This document shows, one piece after another, positions 1 through 9,531 of a stretch of 64,000 bases of DNA (position 1 is its first letter; each line of letters starts with the position of its first letter). The notes under the pieces were generated by a model, which was not told where the DNA came from, searched no databases, and was given only the letters and a program-made list of their open reading frames with translations. Origin of the DNA: Bacteroidota bacterium (GTDB lineage Bacteria > Bacteroidota > Ignavibacteria > UBA10030 > UBA8401); NCBI GenBank assembly GCA_035500675.1, contig DATJXA010000106.1, positions 213 to 64,212 on the forward strand, given 5' to 3'. The translations under genes were made by a program, and so were the position numbers.

Positions 1-703
1 CTCCGAGGATGATGAACTGGGCATTCGCATCAACTTCTTTTTTCCAGTGCAGGCTGAATTGAATATAATTTTCGAGCGGCCATTCTCTTGTAACAAAGCT
101 GCCTGCCGGGTTGAGAACTATCAATTTATTCTTTATATCGAAATTAGCCGTAATCAATTTTTCCAGTCCGCGCTGCTCCTCGCGTATCTGAAGTGGGACT
201 GGGGATGAGGCGATCGACGTAAACCCTAGTCTCACGATTGTATCTCTTACCCTCTCTCCGGCACTTGAAAAGGAAAACCTGTCGAACTCTGAAAAACTTT
301 TCGGACGCAGCAGCCTTCGGATAGACCGGGTGAGAAAATTTCTCTGAAGGTCGATGACAACGTCGTAGTGCTCCTTCCAAAGATGTGGAATCAACCTTAT
401 TGCAGAGCTAATCTGACGTTCGCGGCGCCTACCTCCATCGATGGTGTGCACGGCAGAGAACATCGATAGGTTGCGCGGAAATTCTGCGAACTCTTCTCTC
501 GTTAAAAAATCAAACCGTGTGGACGGCAATGCATTATGCAATGCCTGAAGGAATGGAAATGTAACGAATGTATCGCCGAGGGCTTGAAGCCTGATCGCGA
601 GGATTTTCTTTGGTGGGAATGGATTTTTCCACGGGACGGCAAGAAACGATTCTTGTCGTTGGCGATGTTGCGATGCATAGGAGTTTGATATCGAGGACGT
701 CAT
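1..703 (-). CDS. glycosyltransferase family 9 (heptosyltransferase-like), N-terminal part; 3' end lies beyond the window start
   Basis: Absent from the ORF track because it runs off the window. My own translation of the minus strand from ATG at 703 is open down to base 1. It reads ...PPKKILAIRLQALGDTFVTFPFLQALH...DVVIDLQRN...LIVLNPAGSFVTREWPLENY... These match the ILxxRxxxxGD N-terminus and the NPGA...RxWP region typical of GT9 enzymes. Confidence 0.7.
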   Translation of the reverse strand, partial: MTSSISNSYASQHRQRQESFLAVPWKNPFPPKKILAIRLQALGDTFVTFPFLQALHNALPSTRFDFLTREEFAEFPRNLSMFSAVHTIDGGRRRERQISSAIRLIPHLWKEHYDVVIDLQRNFLTRSIRRLLRPKSFSEFDRFSFSSAGERVRDTIVRLGFTSIASSPVPLQIREEQRGLEKLITANFDIKNKLIVLNPAGSFVTREWPLENYIQFSLHWKKEVDANAQFIILG

Positions 704-822
704 CAGATGTCCGAAAAGCAAAATCCATAGCGAACGAGGTCCGAAGGGGCGGCGTCTTTTCTACAACGAATAAAATCCATTCCCCGTTTCATTTTGCGGA
801 TCGCTTGAAGAAAAATTTTGGG

Positions 823-861
823 CCATAAACGAAAAATGCGATACTTGTACCGTATCGCATT
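823..861 (-). terminator. Rho-independent terminator after the 137-aa gene
   Basis: Perfect 10-bp stem AATGCGATAC / GTATCGCATT (835-844 / 852-861) with a 7-nt loop. On the minus strand it is followed by TTTTTCGTTTAT. It lies about 35 nt downstream of the stop at 897. Confidence 0.8.
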
Positions 862-896
862 TCAATCGGAGAGATAATTTTTAGCAGCCGAGGTTT

Positions 897-1310
897 CTAG
901 CTCAGCTTCGAATATTCGGCGGCGTCGGGTACTTGATAGACTCGTTGAAGCGTCCACTTCGTACCGTTGTAATACAGAATCGCTACCATTGTCACGGAGT
1001 ACGTGTTGTAGGATCCGGTCGAGGTTACACGCATCTGGGTCGATGCAACTCCAGTGGGACGGTCTGTCGTATACGTAACGCTTCCGCTCATCACAGTCAC
1101 CGAGGTGCTTGTCAGCGTCGGGGAAGTAGCTGCGCCGGCATCACCCATCGCGAACTTCACTCCGACGTTCGCAATTTGCCTCGCCTGGTCGTGATACGCC
1201 TGGACTTGGCTCACGGTGCTGACCGATTGGTCCGCAGTGTTAAACGCCAGGGCGTAAAGCCCGATGACAGCGTACACTCCAAGACCGATCATTATTTTCG
1301 ACGTTCCCAC
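897..1310 (-). CDS. hypothetical membrane-anchored protein (N-terminal TM helix, Ser/Thr-rich beta-type domain)
   Basis: ORF track. GTG at 1310, with an ATG alternative at 1292. Hydrophobic helix IMIGLGVYAVIGLYALAF, then a Thr/Ser/Val-rich region. It has its own terminator downstream. No family recognised. Confidence 0.55.
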   Translation of the reverse strand: MGTSKIMIGLGVYAVIGLYALAFNTADQSVSTVSQVQAYHDQARQIANVGVKFAMGDAGAATSPTLTSTSVTVMSGSVTYTTDRPTGVASTQMRVTSTGSYNTYSVTMVAILYYNGTKWTLQRVYQVPDAAEYSKLS

Positions 1311-1596
1311 TTACTTCGACCTTTTGTTTTTGGGTTACCTACTTTAAATCTTCAAAGCTCTCATGGCACGTGAGGCTTCTTTTCTTTTGATCTGTATACA
1401 AGATACGGAATAAATGCGAGAAATCAATGCAGTTTATCACGTATTTACACAATTACGGTGCCTACAGGAGGATACGTAAGTTCCGCATAACGGGCTGTGT
1501 CAAATATCACGCAAAGTCAAAAAATATTGGCCAAACCAGCCTAATTTCCACAATTTCCGCCCTCTAACATTTTTATGTGCGCTTCTTTAGCAAGTA

Positions 1597-4500
1597 TTAG
1601 CGTTTTAACATCCTATAGATGAGTGGAAGACCAAAAAAAAGGACAACGCTCGAAACCGAGAAACCGCCGATGACGGCAATGGCGAGGGGTTGCTGCATTT
1701 GGGCACCCGCGCCGATGCCGAGCGACAGGGGAAGCAGGGCAAACACAGCGGCGAGCGTTGTCATCAAAATAGGCCTCACTCGAACTGAAACTGCTTGGAC
1801 CAATGCATCGTCCAAAGCCATGCCCTGGCCTTGTGACACTTTCACTTCGTGCAGGACAAAGATCGCATTTTCCGCGACGATACCGATGATCATGATGATC
1901 CCGACAAAACTGGAAATGTTAAACGTAATTCCCGTGATCCATAGGGCGACGAGGACGCCGAACAACGACATAAGGTTCACGATAAAAATCGAAACGGGGA
2001 CTGCAAACTCTCCAAACTCGAACAATAAAACAATGAAGACGAGCATAAACGCAGCAATTGCTACAAGAAGTAGTCCGCGGAAAGATTCTTGCTGCGTTTG
2101 GTACACTCCCCCGAATTCAATCGACATTCCCTTCGGCAATTCAAAATGTTGAGAGAGCGTTCTTTTGATGTCGTCGACGGTTGTCCCTAGATCTCTCTGA
2201 GATATTCGTGCAGTGACGGCAACAAATTGTCGCAATCGTTCGCGGTCCAACTCCGCCTGCCCTGTGGTCGTACGGATCGTTGCAATCGAAGAAAGTGGAA
2301 TCAATGCGCCGGAGGAATTAACGAAGCGTACTTGATTGAGCTTGTCGATGTCGGTGCGGTATGGGGAGGGAAATCGTACGCGGATGGCGATGAGCTTCTC
2401 TCCTTTTTGAATCATCGTGCCCGCTTCGCCCCGCATCATCGTTTCCAATTGGTCGCGGATATCCGACGGCACTAAACCGGCTCTCGCTGCGCGCGCCGCG
2501 TCGACGTCGACGATCAATGACGGACCTGAGATAACAAGCCCGTCGAACGCATCGACGACGCCGGGTACTGTCTCGATCAGCTTCGTCACTTCGTCCGCCT
2601 TTTTATGGAGCAGATCTGCATCCTCGCCGAAAAGCTTGATCTCGATGGGCGATGGATTATTCGTCAAATCCCCGATGACGTCCATCATGAGCTGGCCAAA
2701 ATCTATCTGAAGGCTTGGCACGTTCGACTCTATTTTGGTCCGCACATCGTCCATCACTTCCTCGATACTCCTCGATCGCTTCTTCTTTAATTTGACCAGG
2801 TAATCACCGTTGTTCACTTCCGTAAGAAAGAACCCCAATTGCGTCCCGGTCCGGCGCGAGTACGATTCAACCTCAGGCGTCGCCATAATAATTTTTTCTA
2901 CCTGCATCAACATGCGATTTGTTTCATTAAGGGAAGTGCCCGGAGGGGATGTGTAATCCAAAACAAATGTCCCCTCGTCCATCTCCGGCATAAAATCGCT
3001 CCCGATATTTTTATAAAGGAAATAAGTTGCTGCAATCATCACACTCGCTATCGGAACGACGACCCATCGATGCCTGAGCAGGGCTCTCAGGAGTTGCCTG
3101 AAACGTCCGTGTTCCGCGGGGGCTGAAGAATGATGTTCGACCTCGCGCACAATATCCCCTTTCCGGATAAGAAACATTGCAAGCAAAGGCGCAAGGCTGA
3201 TTGAAAACACAAAGGAAAGGAGCATTGCTAAGACCACCGTAATCGAAAGGGATGCAAAAAATGCCCCGGTGACGCCTCCAAGAAAAGCTAAAGGAATATG
3301 AATGACGATAGTGCTGGCAGTCGATCCGGCGATCGCCGGCATTAATTGCCTGAGAGAAGTGGACGCCGTGTCTGCAAACGCCGCGTGAGTTCCTTTCGAT
3401 TCTGTGCCCAGATTGAAGTGCGTGAAAATGTGCTCGATGACCACAATGGAATCGTCGATGATAAGGCCTACAGCTGCTGCAATCCCGCCAAGCGTCATGA
3501 TGTTGACCGTAAGACCCGCTGCGGAGAGACAGGCAAATGTGGCTGCAATGGTCGTCGGAACAACGAGTAAAATGACGAGACTGATGCGCCAGCTTCGGAG
3601 GAAGAGGAATATCACGGCCATCGCAAGAACAACGCCGATGATGATGCTGTCCCTCGTGCTGGCAATGGAGCTCATGATAAAGGCCCCCTGGTCGTAGAAA
3701 TTTTCAAAGTGAACTCCGGCGGGCAAGTTCAGTCGAGCCACTTCAGCGGTGACATCCCTTCCGATTTGAACAGTGCTGCCCGTCGGTTGTTTGATGATGT
3801 TGATGAGAACCGCATCCCGCCCGTGGGCCGTCGTGCGGATATATTTATCCTCTACCGAAGGCTTAACCTCAGCAATATCCGAAACCTTGATAGGGACCCC
3901 ATTCTCCACTACGACCGTGACATTCCTGATATCGTCAACCGTCGTCAAAAGCCCGGAAACGAGAGAGAGATAGAGCTGATAGTTGTTGTCGACTAATCCT
4001 GTCGATGAGATGAAATTGTTTTTTTCGATCGCATCCGATACCTGCCGTATATCGAGCCTGTACATTTCAAGCTTCTCGGGAGAGACGGTCACGTGGAATT
4101 CACGCGTGTCGCCTCCGGTGATCTCGACTCTCGCAACGCCTCGCACCTTCATCAAGGCCGGGCGGATCTGATACAATGCAATATCGCGGAGTTCGACGAG
4201 ACTCAAGGTGTCGGACGTGAGACTATACCCGTGGATCGGAAAGACAGACACGCTCATTTGCTCCGCCTGAACGGACGCCGAGGCGGGAAGTTGATTGCGA
4301 ATATTGGCGATGCGCCCCTGGAGCAGTTGGAGCGTTTGAAGAATGTTGGAACCCCACTCAAGCCCGATCGAAAGTTCGGTCGAACCTCGCCCGGTAATGG
4401 AACGGACAACCGTGACCCCGGGAATTGAGCTTGCTACTTCCTCCAACGGCTTGGTCACCTCTACCATCATTCGTTCCGCCGGTTCTTCTCCATTATCGGC

Positions 4501-4644
4501 AAGAATGACAATACGCGGAAAGGTGATATCCGGGAAAAGCGAGATCGGCATGTTCAGCATCAACGCAATGCCGGAGAGGACTAAAACGATGATGGTGAAG
4601 AGGAAGGCTTTTGCGTGGCGCCTTGCATATTCGAAAAGGGCCAT
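1597..4644 (-). CDS. RND efflux transporter permease (AcrB/CzcA superfamily)
   Basis: 1015 aa. The N-terminus ...FLFTIIVLVLSGIALMLNMPISLFPDITFPRIVI is typical of the family. The protein shows the family's two-fold repeated 12-TM / large-loop layout. It lies 1 nt after the adaptor gene. Confidence 0.95.
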   Translation of the reverse strand: MALFEYARRHAKAFLFTIIVLVLSGIALMLNMPISLFPDITFPRIVILADNGEEPAERMMVEVTKPLEEVASSIPGVTVVRSITGRGSTELSIGLEWGSNILQTLQLLQGRIANIRNQLPASASVQAEQMSVSVFPIHGYSLTSDTLSLVELRDIALYQIRPALMKVRGVARVEITGGDTREFHVTVSPEKLEMYRLDIRQVSDAIEKNNFISSTGLVDNNYQLYLSLVSGLLTTVDDIRNVTVVVENGVPIKVSDIAEVKPSVEDKYIRTTAHGRDAVLINIIKQPTGSTVQIGRDVTAEVARLNLPAGVHFENFYDQGAFIMSSIASTRDSIIIGVVLAMAVIFLFLRSWRISLVILLVVPTTIAATFACLSAAGLTVNIMTLGGIAAAVGLIIDDSIVVIEHIFTHFNLGTESKGTHAAFADTASTSLRQLMPAIAGSTASTIVIHIPLAFLGGVTGAFFASLSITVVLAMLLSFVFSISLAPLLAMFLIRKGDIVREVEHHSSAPAEHGRFRQLLRALLRHRWVVVPIASVMIAATYFLYKNIGSDFMPEMDEGTFVLDYTSPPGTSLNETNRMLMQVEKIIMATPEVESYSRRTGTQLGFFLTEVNNGDYLVKLKKKRSRSIEEVMDDVRTKIESNVPSLQIDFGQLMMDVIGDLTNNPSPIEIKLFGEDADLLHKKADEVTKLIETVPGVVDAFDGLVISGPSLIVDVDAARAARAGLVPSDIRDQLETMMRGEAGTMIQKGEKLIAIRVRFPSPYRTDIDKLNQVRFVNSSGALIPLSSIATIRTTTGQAELDRERLRQFVAVTARISQRDLGTTVDDIKRTLSQHFELPKGMSIEFGGVYQTQQESFRGLLLVAIAAFMLVFIVLLFEFGEFAVPVSIFIVNLMSLFGVLVALWITGITFNISSFVGIIMIIGIVAENAIFVLHEVKVSQGQGMALDDALVQAVSVRVRPILMTTLAAVFALLPLSLGIGAGAQMQQPLAIAVIGGFSVSSVVLFFGLPLIYRMLKR

Positions 4645-4645
4645 G

Positions 4646-5674
4646 TCAGTCCCGCTGCGCCACTGTCACTCGGGTGGAATCAGCGAGGGAATAGTTCCCC
4701 TCGGTGATGACGGGCAGCCCTGCGCGAAGTCCCGGGCCCGTTATTTCAACGGATGAGTCCGTACGCGATTTCACGGAGACCGATACGGATTTCGCAAGGG
4801 AATCTTGCGTGACGATCACAATAGAATAGGTGTTGTTTTCATCGTCCCGCAGCACCGCAGATCGCGGAACAAACAATGCATGAGGCCGGACTCCAAGATA
4901 AATAATCGCAGTCCCCATAATATCTGTACGAAGGATGGGAAGCTGCGCGCTGTGAGGTTGTTGGAATTTCAGCCTGGCGAAAACGGTTTGACTCTGTTCA
5001 TCGGCTTGGGGGTTTATTGCTTCAACGACCGCCGGGTAGATTTTTCCAGGAAGCGAAGGGAACTCGACGTCCGCGCGCTCCCCTATCGCAAGCAAAGGAA
5101 CATCCCCAACGGGAATGTCGGCAAGAAAATCCACAGTCGAGAGGTCTACCATCGTCATCAGTTCTCCATTCTCCGGGACCAACTCTCCCTCGCTCGCGGT
5201 TCGGCTTGAAACCACTCCGTCGAATTTCGAAAGGACGCTGACAACGCTTTGCGTCGATCGGGCGGTCTTTAAAAGCCGCTCTGCTTCGGCTTTTTTTTCC
5301 GATGTGGCGGCAGAGCGGGCCATCGCCTCGGCTCCGTTGATTGCCGCATACGATTCTTTCGATTGGATAACCGCAACCGTATCTCTGCGATGCAGAGTGT
5401 TCCCAACGAAGGCTTTCATGCTTATTATTTTCCCCGAAATCGGGGAATAAAATTTTTCCTTCCGGAGAGCATCCGTTTTCCCGACCGCTGAAATTGTCAC
5501 GACAGCGTTGCGCTCCTGTATCGTATCGATTTTCACAGGTACGATGGGACGTATTTCCTGTTCCTCCGATTCCCCGCCCCCTTCTTTCGAGCGGCAACCT
5601 TGAATAAGAAAAAGAAAGAGAAGGCAAAAGATTAGGGGACGTGAAAACATTGACCGCCCCGTAGTGATCTTCAT
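4646..5674 (-). CDS. RND efflux periplasmic adaptor (membrane fusion protein, HlyD family), probable lipoprotein
   Basis: 342 aa with a signal peptide and lipobox-like LIQGC. Length and position between the TolC-like and RND genes fit this role. Confidence 0.9.
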   Translation of the reverse strand: MKITTGRSMFSRPLIFCLLFLFLIQGCRSKEGGGESEEQEIRPIVPVKIDTIQERNAVVTISAVGKTDALRKEKFYSPISGKIISMKAFVGNTLHRRDTVAVIQSKESYAAINGAEAMARSAATSEKKAEAERLLKTARSTQSVVSVLSKFDGVVSSRTASEGELVPENGELMTMVDLSTVDFLADIPVGDVPLLAIGERADVEFPSLPGKIYPAVVEAINPQADEQSQTVFARLKFQQPHSAQLPILRTDIMGTAIIYLGVRPHALFVPRSAVLRDDENNTYSIVIVTQDSLAKSVSVSVKSRTDSSVEITGPGLRAGLPVITEGNYSLADSTRVTVAQRD

Positions 5675-5677
5675 ATG

Positions 5678-6967
5678 TTATTCTGCGTATAGTTGTTCCA
5701 TCCTTGCAGCAACAATCCCTATCTCTGCAAGCGTTTCCAATTCAGAAATTTTTGAATCCGTCAACAATTGCTGGGCCGAAAGGACTTCGAGAGAAAGAGC
5801 TCCGCCAGAGAGATATTTCGATTTCGTCATGAGAAAATTTTCCTCGGCCATCTTCTGGTTCTCACGCAGTTCCGCGAGGCGCTTCCGCAATGTCCCCAAT
5901 CGTGAGCGAAGTTTCTTTGATTCTGAGCTGTAAGATCGGCGGAGCAATTCATACTGAAATTGCAGGTCGCTCACTGCACGCTCCTTCTGCTGCACGCGCA
6001 AATCCGTCGCTCCCCAATTGAAAAATGGGAATTCGATGAGCAAACCAACCGAATATCCGACAAGCCCCGCTCGTTGATCATAGGGCAGTCTCAGGTTATC
6101 CCTGGACGTCAGGAGCCCTGCGTCCCCGACGATTGATACCAATGGAGACAGTTCGTGCCGAGTCAAATCGACTTCCAAAGCGTTTCGTTGAATCGTCATT
6201 GCCGCAATCGATAGGTCAAGCGTTTGGAGAGAGTCGTCCGACTCGAGGAGGGTTGAATCCGCCGATGTGGATGAAAGGTCGCTGAGAGTGCCTGCAACTG
6301 TGAATGTCGTGTCGATTGACGTGCCGAGCAATTCCGCGAGAGAATACTTGGCATTGGCATACGCCTGTTCCGATTCTTCTAAAGATATTTTGGCGTCTGC
6401 CAGTTGTACCTGGGTTTTAAGAATATCGGTATAGGATGCGCTTCCGGCCCCTGAAAGCTGCTTCACCCTTTCCAGATATTCCGCAAGCTGCCTTGCACTT
6501 TCTTGTTGCAATTGGATCTCGTCCTTGGAACGAAGAGTTTCGATGTAAGCCTGCTTGACGGAATAGACCAGGTCCCGTTCAGTCTGCCGTAGCTCCTTAT
6601 TGCGGAGACCGATATCAACTGCCGCCTCATCAATGCGGAGATTGCGGACTCCGCCGTCATAGACCGACTGTTTTGCCACAATTTGCGCCGAAAGCTGGCC
6701 GCTGTTGGAAATGATCGGGTCGTAACCAAAGTGTCCCGACGATGGCGCATAGATTGCAGAGCCCTCGAGATGAGTCTCGGGAAGTTTTGTCGTCAACAAT
6801 TCTTCGCGGGACAGTTTTGAAGATTCAACATCATTTTCCGCAGCACGCAACGAAAGGTTGTGTTCGCGCGCGATGGCAAGGCATTGGTCGAGAGTCAACA
6901 CTGTTTGCGCTTCGGCCATCCATACCGCCGAGGCGAGCAAAATAATAATGCAGAAAATCTTTTTCAC
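5678..6967 (-). CDS. TolC-family outer membrane efflux protein
   Basis: 429 aa with a signal peptide (ASAVWMAEAQ). It has an internally duplicated coiled-coil/beta-barrel OEP-type sequence and is first in the MFP-RND set. Confidence 0.9.
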   Translation of the reverse strand: MKKIFCIIILLASAVWMAEAQTVLTLDQCLAIAREHNLSLRAAENDVESSKLSREELLTTKLPETHLEGSAIYAPSSGHFGYDPIISNSGQLSAQIVAKQSVYDGGVRNLRIDEAAVDIGLRNKELRQTERDLVYSVKQAYIETLRSKDEIQLQQESARQLAEYLERVKQLSGAGSASYTDILKTQVQLADAKISLEESEQAYANAKYSLAELLGTSIDTTFTVAGTLSDLSSTSADSTLLESDDSLQTLDLSIAAMTIQRNALEVDLTRHELSPLVSIVGDAGLLTSRDNLRLPYDQRAGLVGYSVGLLIEFPFFNWGATDLRVQQKERAVSDLQFQYELLRRSYSSESKKLRSRLGTLRKRLAELRENQKMAEENFLMTKSKYLSGGALSLEVLSAQQLLTDSKISELETLAEIGIVAARMEQLYAE

Positions 6968-6972
6968 CGCGC

Positions 6973-7995
6973 TTATCTTTGATACTGTAACACAACGAAC
7001 GTATTGGGAATTATCGGCGGACGCGGACGGGGATGGTCCGGCGTTGGGCTTGGCGCTTCCCCAAATTCCGCCGTTGCCGTGAAGACAGAATGAGTGACGG
7101 GGTCTACGGCAATCGTTCTTGCACCGCGCTGCGTCGCCGCATTCTCCACAACGACGAATGAGGCGGGAGAATCTTCATGCACAACGGTCAGCGTTCCTTC
7201 GCCGTTTGTGCTGAATGCCATCTCTGTCCCGGGGTCAAACCCGCAACCGTCGACACCGCTCCCGATAGGAAGGGTTGCGATCACTTTCCCGCTGTCGGGA
7301 TCGGAGACCACCATGAGCTTATTGCGGCAGCCTGAAAAAAGCCGCCGATGACGGATATCAATGGCAAGTCCGGAAGGAGCTTCTCCCGGTGCGAGTGACC
7401 ACCGATTAATCACTTTGAAATTGCGGGAGTCGATGGCCACAAGCTCGCTCTTGTCTTCGAGATTGACGTACACATGTCCCTGGCCGTCTGCAGCGCCGAA
7501 TTCCGGCCCGCCGCCGAGAGGGATAGATGCAACGACCGTTCCGGAGTCGGGGTCGATAACCGTTGCTTCTTCTCCCTGCCCGCAGAAGGCGAACACTTTT
7601 TTCGACGCCGGGTCGAAAATAATTGCATCGGGTTTCTTCCCTGTAGGAATTTGTTTGATCACGTCGAGCGTCTTCAAATCGAACATCGTGACCGTTGAAG
7701 GGCGTCCGTTGCTGGCAAACCCGTGTCCGGATTCCTCTGCGATCGCAACGCCATGGAGTCCGTCACAGTTCATGACGGCGCCGACCGCTGTGAGAGAATC
7801 GGCATCCAGAACAACGACACGGTCGCTGTGCGTCACATATAACCGCCGCGCATGACTGTCAACTGTGAGATAATCCCATCCCCCCTCGCCCCCTACGAGC
7901 ATTTTCTTGACAAGGTGGAATCCGCCTTGAGGTTGCGCATTGCATATTGCTGCAAGTGCCATGAGCACCGCCGACACAAATCGAATCGCTTTCAT
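6973..7995 (-). CDS. secreted YVTN/YncE-like beta-propeller repeat protein
   Basis: 340 aa with a signal peptide. It contains repeated ~40-aa blades (..G..P.G.A.D......V.N...). It lies 5 nt upstream of the TolC-like gene. Confidence 0.8.
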   Translation of the reverse strand: MKAIRFVSAVLMALAAICNAQPQGGFHLVKKMLVGGEGGWDYLTVDSHARRLYVTHSDRVVVLDADSLTAVGAVMNCDGLHGVAIAEESGHGFASNGRPSTVTMFDLKTLDVIKQIPTGKKPDAIIFDPASKKVFAFCGQGEEATVIDPDSGTVVASIPLGGGPEFGAADGQGHVYVNLEDKSELVAIDSRNFKVINRWSLAPGEAPSGLAIDIRHRRLFSGCRNKLMVVSDPDSGKVIATLPIGSGVDGCGFDPGTEMAFSTNGEGTLTVVHEDSPASFVVVENAATQRGARTIAVDPVTHSVFTATAEFGEAPSPTPDHPRPRPPIIPNTFVVLQYQR

Positions 7996-8080
7996 GTTTT
8001 TGCCGTTAAGTTTTAGGATAGTTGTTGGTGACGAACATCTCCTCGGATATGCTTAAGAATTGAAGAATGTAGGAAGGGAA

Positions 8081-8097
8081 GATGAAATGAGGATGAA
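8081..8097 (-). promoter_or_regulatory. candidate OmpR-family response-regulator box (direct repeat TTCATC-N5-TTCATC on the minus strand)
   Basis: GATGAA occurs at 8081-8086 and 8092-8097 on the plus strand, an 11-bp periodicity. The site is 86-102 nt upstream of the beta-propeller/efflux operon start and just downstream of the histidine-kinase terminator. It could equally be one of the purine-word repeat cassettes. Confidence 0.3.
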
Positions 8098-8107
8098 AAT
8101 TTAAGCT

Positions 8108-8139
8108 GGTGAACGGTTCCCTTGAGAGAACCGTTCACC
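8108..8139 (-). terminator. stem-loop terminator overlapping the histidine-kinase stop codon
   Basis: Perfect 12-bp stem GGTGAACGGTTC / GAACCGTTCACC (8108-8119 / 8128-8139) with an 8-nt loop. On the minus strand it is followed by AGCTTAAATTTTCATCC, which is only moderately U-rich. Confidence 0.55.
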
Positions 8140-9517
8140 CGTCGATGGGAAGCTCCACGGTAAATACCGAGCCGTGGCCGGCTTCACTCCTGACAAAAAT
8201 GCTTCCGCCGTGCAGGGTCACGATTTGTTCTGCTATCGCCAAGCCAAGCCCGCTCCCCCCAACCTCGGCGCGTGTAACATCCGCTCGATAAAAACGCTTA
8301 AAAATGTTAGGCAAATCGTGCTGTGAAATTCCGCAGCCGTGATCCCCTATCTCTATCATTGCTTTGTTCTCAGTTCCTTCTTTTAACCAAACCTTGGCAA
8401 CAATAAAGCTTCGTGTAGGAGAATATTTGATGGCATTATCGAGCAGGTTAACGATCACGCTTTTCATTTTTTCTCGGTCGGCAGAAATTTCAAGCGCTTC
8501 TTCAACGGTCGTTCGGACTTCGACCTCCTTCTTTGACGCAAGGGTTTTTGTCCGTTGAACGCATTCGATAAGCAGCTCATCGAGCCGGACCGGTTCTTGA
8601 TGTAGAATCTCCGCCGATGAATCGAGGCGCGCAAGGAGCAACATCTGCTGAGCCATCGTCGCCAGCCGTTCGATTTCTCCCAGAGAAACCTGGACGCTCT
8701 CCAACAACGTCTTATCGGCAGCGTGCTTTTCGGCAAACTCCAATTCATTGGCGATGATTGTCAGCGGAGTCCGTATCTCGTGGGAAGCATCTGCAATAAA
8801 TTGCTTTTGACTTTTGAATGCGGCATCTATGCGTTCAATCATTCCATTGAGAGTCTCCGCAAGGCCGCGTATTTCATCCCGCGCGTTCGGTAGCTCAAGG
8901 CGTGTGTCAAGATTTTGCGCCGAAATTTGCCGCGCCGCATCGACCATTCTTGTTATAGGACGGAAGGCAATGCGCGTAATCAGTACAGAGCCAAGAGCGG
9001 TAAAAAGAAGCGTCAAGGGGATGGTGATGAGAAACAGCATTTGTATCGATGCGAGGTTCCTTTGCATCGATGACGTGGACATTCCAAGCTGTAGCGCATA
9101 GAGAGTCTTGCCTTCTACGATGAGCGGCATCCAGAGCACTCGGTAATTCGCATCCCTATAACTGAAAAAACTTTTTGTGTGGATGCCTTTGAGAGCATCG
9201 CCTAACGGCTTCGACGAAGACTTATCAAGAAGTGAATCGTCCAACACCGCCATACCGTCCGGGTTGAAAAGGCGAAGCGTGACCCCTTCCATCCCCTCCG
9301 GCTTTTCAGAAAAGAAAATTTCCATCACTCGACCCGGATTTTTACCTCCCTCTTCCTCGAACTCGGCATCGATTTTTTCTCCCTGAAGCTCGAGCCGGTC
9401 GTCGAGCTTTGCGATCTCAATATTTCGCACAGCCCGATAAGTAAGGATAGCGAAACAGGACAGCAACAGTCCGAATACAAAGGTCGAAAGAAGGGAAATC
9501 CTCGTTTTAATGGTCAT
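8135..9517 (-). CDS. sensor histidine kinase (two TM, HAMP, HisKA, HATPase_c)
   Basis: H-box ADASHEIRTPLT, N-box LLDNAIKYS, G-boxes IGDHGCGI and GSGLGLAI. Confidence 0.9.
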   Translation of the reverse strand: MTIKTRISLLSTFVFGLLLSCFAILTYRAVRNIEIAKLDDRLELQGEKIDAEFEEEGGKNPGRVMEIFFSEKPEGMEGVTLRLFNPDGMAVLDDSLLDKSSSKPLGDALKGIHTKSFFSYRDANYRVLWMPLIVEGKTLYALQLGMSTSSMQRNLASIQMLFLITIPLTLLFTALGSVLITRIAFRPITRMVDAARQISAQNLDTRLELPNARDEIRGLAETLNGMIERIDAAFKSQKQFIADASHEIRTPLTIIANELEFAEKHAADKTLLESVQVSLGEIERLATMAQQMLLLARLDSSAEILHQEPVRLDELLIECVQRTKTLASKKEVEVRTTVEEALEISADREKMKSVIVNLLDNAIKYSPTRSFIVAKVWLKEGTENKAMIEIGDHGCGISQHDLPNIFKRFYRADVTRAEVGGSGLGLAIAEQIVTLHGGSIFVRSEAGHGSVFTVELPIDG

Positions 9518-9531
9518 TGGCTTGTCAGGGT

